Source of the DNA: Candidatus Poribacteria bacterium
GTDB taxonomy: Bacteria > Poribacteria > WGA-4E > PCPOR2b
Assembly (NCBI GenBank): GCA_965215015.1
Contig: OZ244042.1
Location: 4,448,001-4,512,000, forward strand
DNA: 64,000 nt
Reading direction: 5' to 3'
A model generated the notes under the pieces. That model was given only the letters and a program-made list of their open reading frames with translations, was not told the DNA's origin and searched no databases. Positions 21,595-31,935 of the stretch are shown here, piece by piece (position 1 is the stretch's first letter; each line of letters begins with the position of its first letter). The position numbers and the translations under genes are program-made.

Positions 21595-22497
21595 ATGGCA
21601 CCAGAACAGATGTCTCTCGTGTTTCTCGCTATCGTGATAATTATTGGGTTGTTAGTGCTTTTCTGGGTTGTGCCCGTTGGGTTGTGGATTGCTGCTATTT
21701 TTGCTGGCGTGCGTGTCCGCATTATCGAATTAATTGGTATGCGTCTCCGGCGGGTCAGTCCACCGGTGATTGTAAATGCACAGATTAGTGCCCATAAAGC
21801 AGGACTGACACTTGATATGGAGCGATTGGAAGCCCACTACCTCGCACGCGGAAACGTCATTCGCGTTGTCAATGCCTTGATTGCCGCCGACAAGGCAAAG
21901 ATTGATCTCAGTCTTCAACAGTCGACAGCGATTGATTTGGCTGGACGTGATGTACTTGATGCCGTTCAGGTCAGCGTTAATCCACGAGTTATTACCACAC
22001 CGAAGATTACGGCGGTCGCGCTTGATGGAGTTCAACTCATTGCTACAGTGCGGATTACCGTCAGAGCAAACATCAACCGACTTGTCGGGGGTGCCGGTGA
22101 GGAGACAATCATCGCACGGGTTGGCGAAGGAATCGTTAGTGCGATTGGTGCTTCAGAGACGTACGAGGACGTTTTGGAAAATCCCGATATCATCTCCCGA
22201 ACTGTATTGGATCGGGGACTGGATTCAGGAACAGCTTTTGATATTCTCTCCATTGATATTGCCGATGTGAATGTTGGGAAGAACATCGGAGCCGAGCTAC
22301 AAGCGGAACAAGCGGAGGCAGATCTTGTCGTTGCACAAGCGAAAGCGGAGGAACGCCGCGCTATGGCAGTTGCACGCAAACAGGAGATGACAGCAAAAGT
22401 GCAAGAGATGCGCTCTAGAGTTGTTGAAGCAGAAGCGAGCGTCCCCCGCGCAATTGCCGGCGCATTTCGAGACGGAAATCTAATTAGCCAGAATTAA
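21595..22497 (+). CDS. floA: Flotillin-like FloA (YqfA family), paralog 1
   Basis: [64 protein letters not shown]. Confidence 0.9.
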   Translation: MAPEQMSLVFLAIVIIIGLLVLFWVVPVGLWIAAIFAGVRVRIIELIGMRLRRVSPPVIVNAQISAHKAGLTLDMERLEAHYLARGNVIRVVNALIAADKAKIDLSLQQSTAIDLAGRDVLDAVQVSVNPRVITTPKITAVALDGVQLIATVRITVRANINRLVGGAGEETIIARVGEGIVSAIGASETYEDVLENPDIISRTVLDRGLDSGTAFDILSIDIADVNVGKNIGAELQAEQAEADLVVAQAKAEERRAMAVARKQEMTAKVQEMRSRVVEAEASVPRAIAGAFRDGNLISQN

Positions 22498-22551
22498 GGG
22501 TCGGTCCCGATAAATCGGGATTTACATTTCAACCCCAAAAGGAGATTTTAG

Positions 22552-23577
22552 ATGCCTATTCCATACGTTATTCCAGCGATTCTTGTAATTCTTTTTTTGC
22601 TTTGGTTGGCTTGGTTTGTACCGTTGGGACTCTGGATTGCTGCCCTTGCAGCAGGGGTACGCGTCCGAATTTTTGGCGATCTCGTCGCAATGCGTCTGCG
22701 CCGCGTTCCCCCTAAAGCAATAGTGGAGCCTCAAATTGAAGCGACAAAAGCCGGGCTGCGACTCAGAATTGATAACCTTGAGGCGCATTTTCTCGCCGGT
22801 GGCAATGTAACAGACGTTGTGCGGGCACTCATTGCTGCGGATAAGGCGAACATCAAGCTAGACTTTGCACAAGCTGCCGCAATTGATCTGGCAGGCAGAG
22901 ATGTGCTACAAGCCGTACAGATGAGTGTCAATCCACAGATTATTGATGTCCCTGCCAAGGGCGACGTTAGCCCCGGCATTACCGCTGTGGCACGCGACGG
23001 AATTCAACTGATTGCCAGAGCCAGAGTTACTGTGCGAGCCAACATTGATAGGCTCGTCGGGGGTGCAGGCGAAGCAACCGTCATCGCTAGAGTCGGTGAG
23101 GGGATTATTACAACGATTGGTTCGTCAGCGAGCCATAAAGCGGTCTTGGAAAATCCGGCGCAAATCTCGGAGGTTGTACTAGAAAAGGGTTTAGCGGCGG
23201 GTACTGCTTTTGAAATTCTGTCTATCGATATTGCAGACATTGACATCGGCGAAAATGTGGGTGCTAAGCTACAAACGGATCAAGCCGAGGCAGAGTTGAA
23301 AATCGCTCGTGCCAAGGCGGAAGAACGCCGCGCACTCGCGCAAGCGCAAGAAGAAGAAAATAAAGCGTTGGTCGAAGAGATGACCGTGAACCTTGTCGAG
23401 GCAGATGCCGAGGTCCCTCGCGCAATTGCAGATTCTTTCGCATCTGGCAGGATTAGTGTTATGGACTACTATAACCTGCGAAATGTGATTGCGGATACAG
23501 AAATGCGCCAATCAATTGCCTCCCCTATGGGTGATGGGGATACGACCCGTTCATCCCATGCGGTGGGTCTGTCGTAA
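22552..23577 (+). CDS. floA: Flotillin-like FloA (YqfA family), paralog 2
   Basis: Same motifs as paralog 1, plus the C-terminal MDYY.L.N..ADTEMR.SI. Confidence 0.92.
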   Translation: MPIPYVIPAILVILFLLWLAWFVPLGLWIAALAAGVRVRIFGDLVAMRLRRVPPKAIVEPQIEATKAGLRLRIDNLEAHFLAGGNVTDVVRALIAADKANIKLDFAQAAAIDLAGRDVLQAVQMSVNPQIIDVPAKGDVSPGITAVARDGIQLIARARVTVRANIDRLVGGAGEATVIARVGEGIITTIGSSASHKAVLENPAQISEVVLEKGLAAGTAFEILSIDIADIDIGENVGAKLQTDQAEAELKIARAKAEERRALAQAQEEENKALVEEMTVNLVEADAEVPRAIADSFASGRISVMDYYNLRNVIADTEMRQSIASPMGDGDTTRSSHAVGLS

Positions 23578-23610
23578 GAAACCAGGGCGAATACCAACAG
23601 GAAAATACCA

Positions 23611-24006
23611 ATGGAAGAATGGATTAACCTGATTATTTTTATAATTTTTGGGGCGGTGGCACTGTTCTCAAGGATGTTGAGTCGGAGGGGCTCAAAGGAA
23701 GAGCCTGACGTTGTGCCGGAAGAGATAACTTTGCCGCCTTGGGGAAATTTGCCAATGGAGGAAGAGGCTCCGCCTCCTGAATTCATCGAGGAGGAAGCAC
23801 TTGCCGCGCCACCTGAGCCGACCCCCACCATTCAAGTTGCTTCAATACCCGACCCAGTAGAGGAGGAGACCCCAGCTCAATCTCCCGCTGACCGTACAAT
23901 GCCGACAATTGCAGGTATCCCACTGTCTCCCCAAACCTTTCGACAAGGGATTATTCTCGCCGAAATCCTGCGTCGTCCCAAATCGCTCCGGGAACCGCGT
24001 CAGTAG
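23611..24006 (+). CDS. Small membrane protein, YqfB-like (operon position)
   Basis: N-terminal TM, Pro/Glu-rich linker, C-terminal RQGIILAEIL..PKS.R. Confidence 0.7.
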   Translation: MEEWINLIIFIIFGAVALFSRMLSRRGSKEEPDVVPEEITLPPWGNLPMEEEAPPPEFIEEEALAAPPEPTPTIQVASIPDPVEEETPAQSPADRTMPTIAGIPLSPQTFRQGIILAEILRRPKSLREPRQ

Positions 24007-24049
24007 ATTCACCGAAGTTGCTAGTAGCAAGCATATTGCTTTGAATCTT

Positions 24050-24164
24050 GATTTTATCGGGACTCCGTAGGTCGGGCATCTTGCCCGACCCGCCCGGTTC
24101 AGTACTGGCAGGAAGTTTGTAAATCAAGATTCATGTCTCGACACCCAAATGTCAACGGAACCTA
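24050..24164. mobile_element. MITE-like element, family B (partial)
   Basis: GTAGGTCGGGCATCTTGCCCGACC hairpin. Ends AAATGTCAACGGAACCTA. Confidence 0.5.
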
Positions 24165-24923
24165 GTCAGTGCACAGCACTTCCCATAAGGCGCGATAGTA
24201 GTTCATCATGCACACGGGATCGGAACTCCCCGGAATTTCAGCCAATGTGTAGCCTTCATATCCAGATACCTTCAACAGCGTGAAGAACTCACGCCACGGG
24301 TATTCCCGCCGATACAGCTCGTTGATGTGCACTAACTGAATCCACTCCTTGATTAGATTGAAATTACCTTTGACAGACCCATCTTCGACTTCCCCCGGAT
24401 TGGAATTCCAGCAGACAAACACGTTATCGTGATCAGCGATTTCCATGATCGTTCGGATGTGTGGGATGTGCGATGTTTCCCTGCCGTGTACCTCAAGGCG
24501 AATTTGAACTCGCAAATTTTTGGCAAACTCCCCGCACTCGCGCAGGGCTAACCCGATTTGCGTTAGCGTTTTTTCCACAGGGATACCTTCAGGGAGACCG
24601 TTGGGTCGAACCTTCACGCCGGGTGCCCCGACATCTGCTGCAAGTTGTGCATATTCTTTCGTCCCTTCGATATTGTGGCGTACTTCCTCAGCATCTGTTG
24701 AGTGATAGTCGAAAGCACTCCCCAAGCCCGCCAATTCAATCGGCGAATCCTCAAACTGCTTCCGTACTTCCTGACGCTCGTCTGCAGAAAGATTCACCTC
24801 AACGTTATGGGCGTGAGTGGTGCGGAGTTCAACACCTTGAAAGCCCGTCGCTGCACAATTTTCGATAATCGTTGGCACGTCCCAATCCTTTGCCATGTTA
24901 TACGTGACAAGCCCCAATTTCAT
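24162..24923 (-). CDS. Sugar phosphate isomerase/epimerase (AP-endonuclease-2 TIM barrel)
   Basis: GFQGVELR, RLEVHG, WNSN, VHINE, GY.GY..AE. Confidence 0.85.
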   Translation of the reverse strand: MKLGLVTYNMAKDWDVPTIIENCAATGFQGVELRTTHAHNVEVNLSADERQEVRKQFEDSPIELAGLGSAFDYHSTDAEEVRHNIEGTKEYAQLAADVGAPGVKVRPNGLPEGIPVEKTLTQIGLALRECGEFAKNLRVQIRLEVHGRETSHIPHIRTIMEIADHDNVFVCWNSNPGEVEDGSVKGNFNLIKEWIQLVHINELYRREYPWREFFTLLKVSGYEGYTLAEIPGSSDPVCMMNYYRALWEVLCTD

Positions 24924-25235
24924 GGTATATCTCCTTCTCGGCCTCCCCTATGTAAGGCCCACTCCGATTCAGCCCAAGCATAGGCGTAGGGGTCAAACGG
25001 ATATCGTTTCATGCCATACCCCACGGCTTACAGGAGGAGAGGGAGTATAGCGCAATAGTTCTTCTGGTACAGGCTCAATATCGCCGTAGTACCAGTGGCT
25101 TCCGAAATAGCTACCCACAACAAATTAGACAGGCACCGGCGATAACTGACTTGGGAGTAAAGGTAAATTTCACAACGAAAACTCCCTTCTATGCACCTCG
25201 CCAAATCGTATTTTCTAAAGTGCCATCGCCTTGAC

Positions 25236-25256
25236 AAAAAAGCTGCTTCGGCAGCT
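25236..25256 (-). terminator. Intrinsic terminator, minus strand
   Basis: Minus strand reads AGCTGC-CGAA-GCAGC-TTTTTT. Confidence 0.65.
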
Positions 25257-25396
25257 GAGCAGCCCCCTTATCCTATCGGAAATGAGGGCAAATGGATATA
25301 CACCGTACACTATGATTGTTAGACTGGCACCTAACAATCATGAAGTAGTAGAGTGGGGACTCGGTTGCTTCGAGCCGAGCACTCGGAATACCACAA
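25236..25396 (-). ncRNA. Candidate small structured RNA or leader (about 160 nt)
   Basis: Lies between a consensus promoter and a terminator, has several hairpins, and has no credible ORF with an RBS. Confidence 0.45.
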
Positions 25397-25402
25397 TTCT
25401 TT

Positions 25403-25431
25403 ATCTTAAATCATCTTGAAAAATATGTCAA
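25403..25431 (-). promoter_or_regulatory. Sigma70-type promoter, minus strand
   Basis: TTGACA (25431-25426), 17-nt spacer, TAAGAT (25408-25403). Confidence 0.6.
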
Positions 25432-25769
25432 CAAAGGATGATGACTGCTATAAAAAAAGTGTAAAGCACCGAGAGAAACCGAAAGAGAGGTGAAAGTACC
25501 AATTTGGCCGGAGATGCTGCGGCTCTGTCTCACATTTCTCTGGGGTTACCCTGTTATCTATTCATTCGGGAAGGGGGCAGGCGGCACGAATCCATCTTCC
25601 GTGCTTCCAGTCTTGCAAATTTTGCTAAAACCTCTGTTTCTATTGCACGATTTCTTAACATAAGACAAACAAATTATGTTCTGATAACGGAAAACATTTG
25701 ATCTCGATTGGTTTTTATATTACAATACTTTTCATCAGATGCAAAGGCAAAAGAGAGGGTTGTAAACAG

Positions 25770-26858
25770 ATGGAAAGAAGATTTTATGATGAACTTGCCC
25801 AAGCAGGTTTACATGGGGAAATGCTCACCGACGAATTATGTCTGCATATATTAACTTCAGCCGCGGTTGAGCTCCTGCCGTTGCTTGATGCGGCCTATCA
25901 GGTGCGTAAAAAGTACACCGGCAAAGAAGTACAGCTACATATCATTAACAACGCCCAGAATGGCTACTGTCCTGAAGATTGTTATTATTGTGCACAGGCG
26001 AAGTCATCAAACGCGGAGATTGATGCCTACGCGATGAAGTCTGACACAGAAATGCTGGCTGAGGCGCAATCTGCTTATGAATCGGGTGCTTATCGCTATT
26101 GTATGGTCTTTGCAGGTCGAGGTCCATCAAAAAAGCGTGTTGAGCATCTTGCCCGATTGATTAGGAAAATAAAATCCCGCTACCCAATCCAAGTGTGCCT
26201 TAGTGTGGGTCTAGTCGATGATGAGAGTGCACAAACCCTCAAAGCGGCTGGGTTGGATAGACTTAATCACAATCTCAATACATCAGAAAGACACTATCCC
26301 AAAATCTGTACAACCCATACATATCAGGATCGACTGAACACATTGCACGCCGCACAAACGGCGGGTATTGAATTATGTGCTGGAATCATCGTTGGGATGG
26401 GAGAGGCGGAGAGGGATATGATAGAGGTTGCTAAGACTCTACGGGATTTAGGGGTTGAATCGATACCCGTCAATTTTTTGATTCCGATTCCGGGGAATGC
26501 CCTCTCAGAGGCACCGGATCTCAATCCGGAGTATTGTCTGCGTGTGCTGTGCCTGTATCGTTTCTTGAACCCAAAGGCGGAGATCCGAATCGCCGCAGGC
26601 AGGGAGGTGCACCTGCGAAGTATGGAGGTTATGGCACTGTATCCGGCAAATTCACTCTTTGTGGAGGGTTACTTGAATACGCGGGGAGCGTCGAGAAGAC
26701 AAACGTTACAAATGATCAAAGATGCAGGATTTACGATTAAAGCGGATCGTGCCTTGGAAGAGCTGTTGAAACAGGAAGATGAAGCCCAAAATCTACTGAC
26801 AATTGACGCCCCCAAAGCATTGCTGAAAGACGTTAAGGACCTGAGACCACAGATTTAA
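25770..26858 (+). CDS. bioB: Biotin synthase (radical SAM)
   Basis: CPEDCYYCAQ, NHNLNTS, LCAGIIVGMGE, SIPVNFL, IRIAAGRE, ANSLF. Confidence 0.95.
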   Translation: MERRFYDELAQAGLHGEMLTDELCLHILTSAAVELLPLLDAAYQVRKKYTGKEVQLHIINNAQNGYCPEDCYYCAQAKSSNAEIDAYAMKSDTEMLAEAQSAYESGAYRYCMVFAGRGPSKKRVEHLARLIRKIKSRYPIQVCLSVGLVDDESAQTLKAAGLDRLNHNLNTSERHYPKICTTHTYQDRLNTLHAAQTAGIELCAGIIVGMGEAERDMIEVAKTLRDLGVESIPVNFLIPIPGNALSEAPDLNPEYCLRVLCLYRFLNPKAEIRIAAGREVHLRSMEVMALYPANSLFVEGYLNTRGASRRQTLQMIKDAGFTIKADRALEELLKQEDEAQNLLTIDAPKALLKDVKDLRPQI

Positions 26859-26953
26859 CTTGAGGGAATATCCCCCGATGAGATCGGAGTTCACACCTAT
26901 GTTAGGGGATTGATACGCAATACTTCTCTATTAGGAATAAGGAGGATCGACCA

Positions 26954-27748
26954 ATGGTTAGATTATCTAATGAGGATATTCTGTTTTTTAAACGAGAAGG
27001 CTATCTGATTAAACGGAAAGTTCTGGATCCAGACCTGATGGCGCGGGCGAGAGATCGGTTGTGGGAAGGTGCACCGCCCTCTATCAACCGATATACCCCG
27101 GATACCTGGGTGGGCCCCATCAAAAAGGAAGAGGAATGTGAAGATACGATGAATCGGAAGGGCGGCTTCCGATGGAACTTCCGCGAACCGGGGGGCGAAG
27201 ATTGGATGATTCAGCTACTCGCCACGGACCCAAATGTGTGGGGGATGGCAGAGCAGCTTCTGGGCGAAGGAAATCTACAGATACCCGATCGGATCCGAGG
27301 AATCTACTGCACTCTCCCTTACGGTGCTGAGCCCGAAAAGCCGACCACCTGTCATGTGGATGGGCATCCTTTTCATCTAGGGGTTGTTGGATATATTGAC
27401 CACGTTCCCCCACGGGGCGGCGGATTTACAGTTTGGCCCAAAAGCCACCGGAAGTTCTATTACGAGTTTCACTCGCAATACAAGCATGAACGAACCGAGG
27501 GATACGATGACGTGCTAGGGTTGGTTAACCAGTGGGCCTATGTCGAATGTCACGGTGGACCGGGAGATATTGTCTTCTGGCATCACCGCATCGGTCATGC
27601 GGCGGGCCAAAATTTCTCCGAGCAGATTCGACAGGCGGTGCTATACGATTTCCGAAAAAAAGACCTGGAGCAGACGCAAGAGGAGCCACCGTGTGAGGAT
27701 ATGTGGCGGGATTGGCCCGGTATTCAAATGTTGAACGACGAGGATTGA
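26954..27748 (+). CDS. Phytanoyl-CoA dioxygenase family (Fe/2OG) protein
   Basis: FFKREGYL, HVD, GGFTVWPKSH, GD.VFWH....H. Confidence 0.85.
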   Translation: MVRLSNEDILFFKREGYLIKRKVLDPDLMARARDRLWEGAPPSINRYTPDTWVGPIKKEEECEDTMNRKGGFRWNFREPGGEDWMIQLLATDPNVWGMAEQLLGEGNLQIPDRIRGIYCTLPYGAEPEKPTTCHVDGHPFHLGVVGYIDHVPPRGGGFTVWPKSHRKFYYEFHSQYKHERTEGYDDVLGLVNQWAYVECHGGPGDIVFWHHRIGHAAGQNFSEQIRQAVLYDFRKKDLEQTQEEPPCEDMWRDWPGIQMLNDED

Positions 27749-27760
27749 TGAGGAGGAGAT

Positions 27761-28999
27761 ATGGACAAAATTAGACTTGGATTGGTAGGTTGTGGTGGTA
27801 TGGGGACACGACATCTCTACGGTTTGCGAGAGTTGACACAAACCCCATTCAACAACGTCGATCTGTGTGCCCTGTGTGACATTCGTCGCGAAAACGCTGA
27901 ACTCGCCGCCGCTGAAGCAGAGAAGCTGCTGGGGGTACGCCCGGCAATCTTTACCGATCTGGAAGAGATGGAGCGTCAGACCCCGGATCTCACCGCCGTA
28001 GATGTGGTAACAGATCCATCGGTACATCACACTGTCGTCTGTCAGGCACTGGACTTGGGGCTGCATGTGATGGTCGAGAAACCGATGGCAATTACAGTTG
28101 GGGCGTGTCAGAAAATGATTGACGCTGCCGAGCGGAACAACCGAAAGCTGTCGGTGGCAGAGAATTACCGACGTGACCCTTCGGCAAGGTTAGTCAACCA
28201 TCTTTTGAAAATAGGTGCAATTGGTACACCCTATATGGGGCTTTTCCACTCACTCGGCGCAGGCAATACGATTTTCATTACCCCGTGGCGACACCTCAAG
28301 GATAAGGGGGGACCCATCGTTGATATGGGGGTCCATATCGCGGATCAGATCCGTTATCAACTCGGAGACATCGCAGAAGTCTACGGCGATGTGCGGCTGG
28401 TCGAGCCGGTGAGGCGTAAGCCGGACAGCATTGGGGATACTTACACCTTCTACCAGAATCGGCATCGGGCGATGGATACTGAAGTTCCGGCGACAGCAGA
28501 GGACACCTCAATGGCGATATTCAAGATGGAGAGCGGTGTGACTGTGAACTGGTTAGTTAGCAGGGGCGGCACCGGCAGTTATGGTGGTGAACTCATTTTA
28601 GGCGATCAGGGATGCATCAACGGCTTTGGGGCGCGCGGCAGCCGGATCAGTATGAAACGGCGTGACGAGGAGGAAATGCGTCAGGAGGACCTCCTTGCCT
28701 CCGTGGACGGATTTGGTCTGGAACCCTTGGCGGAACATCTTTTTCCCAGTCGAATCACCGACAAGGATGGCAAAGTGGATTGGAAAATTATCGCTCTTGA
28801 GTATTATGAACTGGCTGAAGCTATTCTCAATGGACGAGAGATAGAGGTAGATGGGCTTGAAGGGATGAAGGATGTGGCAGCGATCTACGCCATATTTGAG
28901 TCAGCGAGGGCCGGGCGGGCAGTGAAAATGGGTGAGGTAGAGAGCTGCCAAGTTTACGACTATCAATCGGAAATTGACGAAGTGCTAGGGCTTCTGTGA
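27761..28999 (+). CDS. Gfo/Idh/MocA family oxidoreductase
   Basis: GLVGCGGMG, VEKPMA, GGPIVDMGVH. Confidence 0.9.
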   Translation: MDKIRLGLVGCGGMGTRHLYGLRELTQTPFNNVDLCALCDIRRENAELAAAEAEKLLGVRPAIFTDLEEMERQTPDLTAVDVVTDPSVHHTVVCQALDLGLHVMVEKPMAITVGACQKMIDAAERNNRKLSVAENYRRDPSARLVNHLLKIGAIGTPYMGLFHSLGAGNTIFITPWRHLKDKGGPIVDMGVHIADQIRYQLGDIAEVYGDVRLVEPVRRKPDSIGDTYTFYQNRHRAMDTEVPATAEDTSMAIFKMESGVTVNWLVSRGGTGSYGGELILGDQGCINGFGARGSRISMKRRDEEEMRQEDLLASVDGFGLEPLAEHLFPSRITDKDGKVDWKIIALEYYELAEAILNGREIEVDGLEGMKDVAAIYAIFESARAGRAVKMGEVESCQVYDYQSEIDEVLGLL

Positions 29000-29009
29000 G
29001 GGAAAAAAT

Positions 29010-29990
29010 ATGGAGTATCGAAACATAGGAAAGACCGGCGTCACGGTGTCTAGTATCTGTCTGGGGACAGCGTTCCGCGGTCAGGCGGACGAAAAGACCT
29101 GCATACGGGTGATAGATCGGGCGATTGATCTCGGGTGCAATTTTATCGACACCGCTCTCTATGGTGGGGGCCGGTCGGAGATTATTGTGGGCAAGGCGAT
29201 AAGGGAGAAACGCGACGATATTGTGCTGTGCACCAAAGTCTTTGGGTCGCTTGGGGATAGCCCGAACCACACCGGCTTATCGCGCGTAAATCTGATGCGG
29301 GCGGTCGATGCGAGCCTCGATCGGCTTCAGACCGACCATATTGACCTTTATCTGCTCCACAGCTTTGACCCCAAAACCCCGCTCGAAGAAACCGTGCGTG
29401 CGTTGGACGATATGGTACGCACAGGAAAGGTGCGCTATGTGGGTTGCAGCAATTTCCGAGCGTGGAAAGTCATGGAAGCCCTCGGAATCAGTGCGCTTCA
29501 CAACTTGGAGCCGTTTGTCTGCATCCAAAACCAGTACAACCTGTTGAACCGTTGGGAAATCGAGCCGGACCTGATGCCGTTGTGCCGCGAGCGCGGCCTG
29601 GGAATTATGACCTTCAGTCCACTCGCCATTGGATTGTTGAGCGGGCACTTCCGTCGTGGGAAGGAGCCACCGGCGAACACCCCTTGGGGGAAAGGTCCTG
29701 AATGGGGCTTGAGTCCACATAAATACAACTTTGCAGAGGCAATGACCGAGAGAGTCGATAAGATTGTACAGACGTTAATTGACATCGGCTCAGAGCACGA
29801 TCGGACGCCCGCGCAGGTAGCAGTCGCGTGGATTTTAGACCATCCAGAGATTACCGCTCCAATTCACGGAGCAGACTTCCCTGAACATGTGGATGAGGTT
29901 TTCGGTTCGGCGGACTGGCGATTAACACCGGAGGCGCGGGAGGCCTTAGATGAGGTGTCAAAGGTCGAGGAGTTAAGGCGATACGCCTGA
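29010..29990 (+). CDS. Aldo/keto reductase
   Basis: ICLGT, FIDTA.Y, LCTK, SL.RLQTDHIDLY..H, GCSNF, QNQYNL, FSPLA.GLL. Confidence 0.93.
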   Translation: MEYRNIGKTGVTVSSICLGTAFRGQADEKTCIRVIDRAIDLGCNFIDTALYGGGRSEIIVGKAIREKRDDIVLCTKVFGSLGDSPNHTGLSRVNLMRAVDASLDRLQTDHIDLYLLHSFDPKTPLEETVRALDDMVRTGKVRYVGCSNFRAWKVMEALGISALHNLEPFVCIQNQYNLLNRWEIEPDLMPLCRERGLGIMTFSPLAIGLLSGHFRRGKEPPANTPWGKGPEWGLSPHKYNFAEAMTERVDKIVQTLIDIGSEHDRTPAQVAVAWILDHPEITAPIHGADFPEHVDEVFGSADWRLTPEAREALDEVSKVEELRRYA

Positions 29991-30086
29991 GACTGGAAAT
30001 ATGCAAAACTCCTTTGAAGAAACGTCGTATGAAAATTCAGATTTCGGTTAATTGGGCGTGAACGAATATTACCGGAGGACAAATCT

Positions 30087-31196
30087 ATGTCAACCTATCG
30101 TGCCGCAGTGATCGGCCTGGGCAGAATGGGCAGCGCCTTTGACGATGAGATTACGCAGGGGGGTTCGCTTTTCCTGCCCTATTGCCATGGACCAAGCTAT
30201 AACGCAGCACCCAATGTCGAACTGGTCGCCGGTGCAGACCTCCACGAGGAGCAGGCAGCTATCTTCGGGGAACGTTGGGGTATCAATTCTGACCATCTGT
30301 ATAGTGATTATCGAGAGATGTTGGCGGAAGAACAGTTAGATCTGGTCAGCGTATGCACAACGGCACGTGTCCGCGCAGCTATCGTGCAGGACGTCGCTCG
30401 TGCGGGGGTTAAAGCCATCTGGGCGGAAAAGCCGATTGCCTTGACCCTAGAGGAAGCGGATACGATGGTGAACGTCTGTCGAGAAAATGGTGTCGCGTTG
30501 GCCGTCAACTGTGCTCGCCGTTGGAATCCGTTTTTCAGTGAAGCCCGACGACTCATCGACGCCGGTGAACTCGGCGAGCTTTTACAGGTGACTGTTTACG
30601 CGCAATGCGGCTTGTCCCATAACGGTAGCCATGCCATCGATATTTTGCGCTATATGGCTGGTGGAAATGTCGAATGGGTGTTTGGAGAGATGGAATCGGA
30701 TGAAGCCGCTGCCGGTGAAAATGACCTGATGGGCAATGGATACCTCGCTTTTGATAATGGGGTGCGTGCTTATCTTAGAAGCATGTCTTGTGGTGCTGCA
30801 TCTTGGGAGGTCGATGTGATAGGCACAGAGGGGCGTATCCGTTCCTTAAACAATGCAGAGGAGTTTGAACTTATCCACACCGTCCCCGGTGGGCGTCGGG
30901 GGCGCGGCAGACCGGCAAAGGTTCCATTTCCTTGGCCCGTACGGATGCAGGGCATGGGCTTGACAATCGTTGCGGACCTGATTAACGCAGCTGAAACAGG
31001 GCAGCCACCCAAATGTTCAGGGGATGATGGACGCGCGGCGTTGGAAACCGCGGTGGGGTTACGAGAGTCGCATCGGCGCGGTGGGGCCAAGGTCAACCTT
31101 CCGTTAGCAGACCGCAGCCTAGGCATTCAATCTATAGAGATTGCCAACGATGACGTGCCCGCACGGATTCGACGGTTGCAACTGGAACGTTCCTAG
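30087..31196 (+). CDS. Gfo/Idh/MocA family oxidoreductase
   Basis: VIGLGRMG, AEKPIA, HNGSH.ID. Confidence 0.9.
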   Translation: MSTYRAAVIGLGRMGSAFDDEITQGGSLFLPYCHGPSYNAAPNVELVAGADLHEEQAAIFGERWGINSDHLYSDYREMLAEEQLDLVSVCTTARVRAAIVQDVARAGVKAIWAEKPIALTLEEADTMVNVCRENGVALAVNCARRWNPFFSEARRLIDAGELGELLQVTVYAQCGLSHNGSHAIDILRYMAGGNVEWVFGEMESDEAAAGENDLMGNGYLAFDNGVRAYLRSMSCGAASWEVDVIGTEGRIRSLNNAEEFELIHTVPGGRRGRGRPAKVPFPWPVRMQGMGLTIVADLINAAETGQPPKCSGDDGRAALETAVGLRESHRRGGAKVNLPLADRSLGIQSIEIANDDVPARIRRLQLERS

Positions 31197-31211
31197 GTAT
31201 TCGGACGTAGG

Positions 31212-31544
31212 TAGGAGTTACGTGCTTCAGTGTGTAGTCGCGCGTTCATTGCGCGTCGGATGCCAATACCCTTGTGCTAAAGCGGACGCCCGACACTGTT
31301 GCATAATGTGCCGGGAGTGAGACATGACTGTCGCGCAACATACTTGGTATTTTCAATTCACCAGATACAGTTTCGTGATATTCCGGGCACTCGATAAATC
31401 GCCCGACTACAAACCGAAGACCCTACTGTAGTTGCCCGATTCATCGGGTGCTGGAAATTGTGACCTGCGACGATGAATCGCCGAACTATCTCCCTGATAA
31501 GGGAGGCAGGGAGTGGCTTTGAGCGTTTAACTGCATAAGTCCTA
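31212..31544 (+). mobile_element. MITE-like element, family A (both ends)
   Basis: TAGGAGTTACGT ... TTTAACTGCATAAGTCCTA. Hairpins CGCGCGTTCATTGCGCG and GTAGTTGCCCGATTCATCGGG. Confidence 0.7.
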
Positions 31545-31935
31545 AATAACTCAAACCCGATAAAAACATGGGGGTCAGCTGCAAGTTGAAATCTGTAAAA
31601 GGAAGCGGCACTCCAATTCACCGAATTTTGTTCTGAGCGGCACCGGCAGTGGATTCCGTATCACCTTGCCCATAACGCTGATGTACAGATTTTGATCTAT
31701 GACACAAAGAGGGGGTTGGTACGTCGGTTAGATTTGGGGCATCAGAAGACAGGAGATTATACAGATCGGAATCGATCTGTGTATTAGGACGGGCGTAACA
31801 AGCACGGGGAATCGGTGTCGAGTGGAGTGTGCTTCTACACACTGACGACCGATGACTACACTGAACCCCGTAGGATGCTGACTCTGAGGTAGTGGCAGGC
31901 TCGCGTGTCTGTCACTCCTATAAGGAGAAATACTG

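Noticed and set aside
25312-25341. Inverted repeat as a BirA operator for bioB
   Set aside because: The 8-nt spacer is much shorter than in BirA sites and it lies about 430 nt from bioB. It fits better as an RNA hairpin.
25441-25697. Riboswitch (SAM, cobalamin, glycine) upstream of bioB
   Set aside because: Some hairpins are present but none of the conserved cores could be matched by eye.
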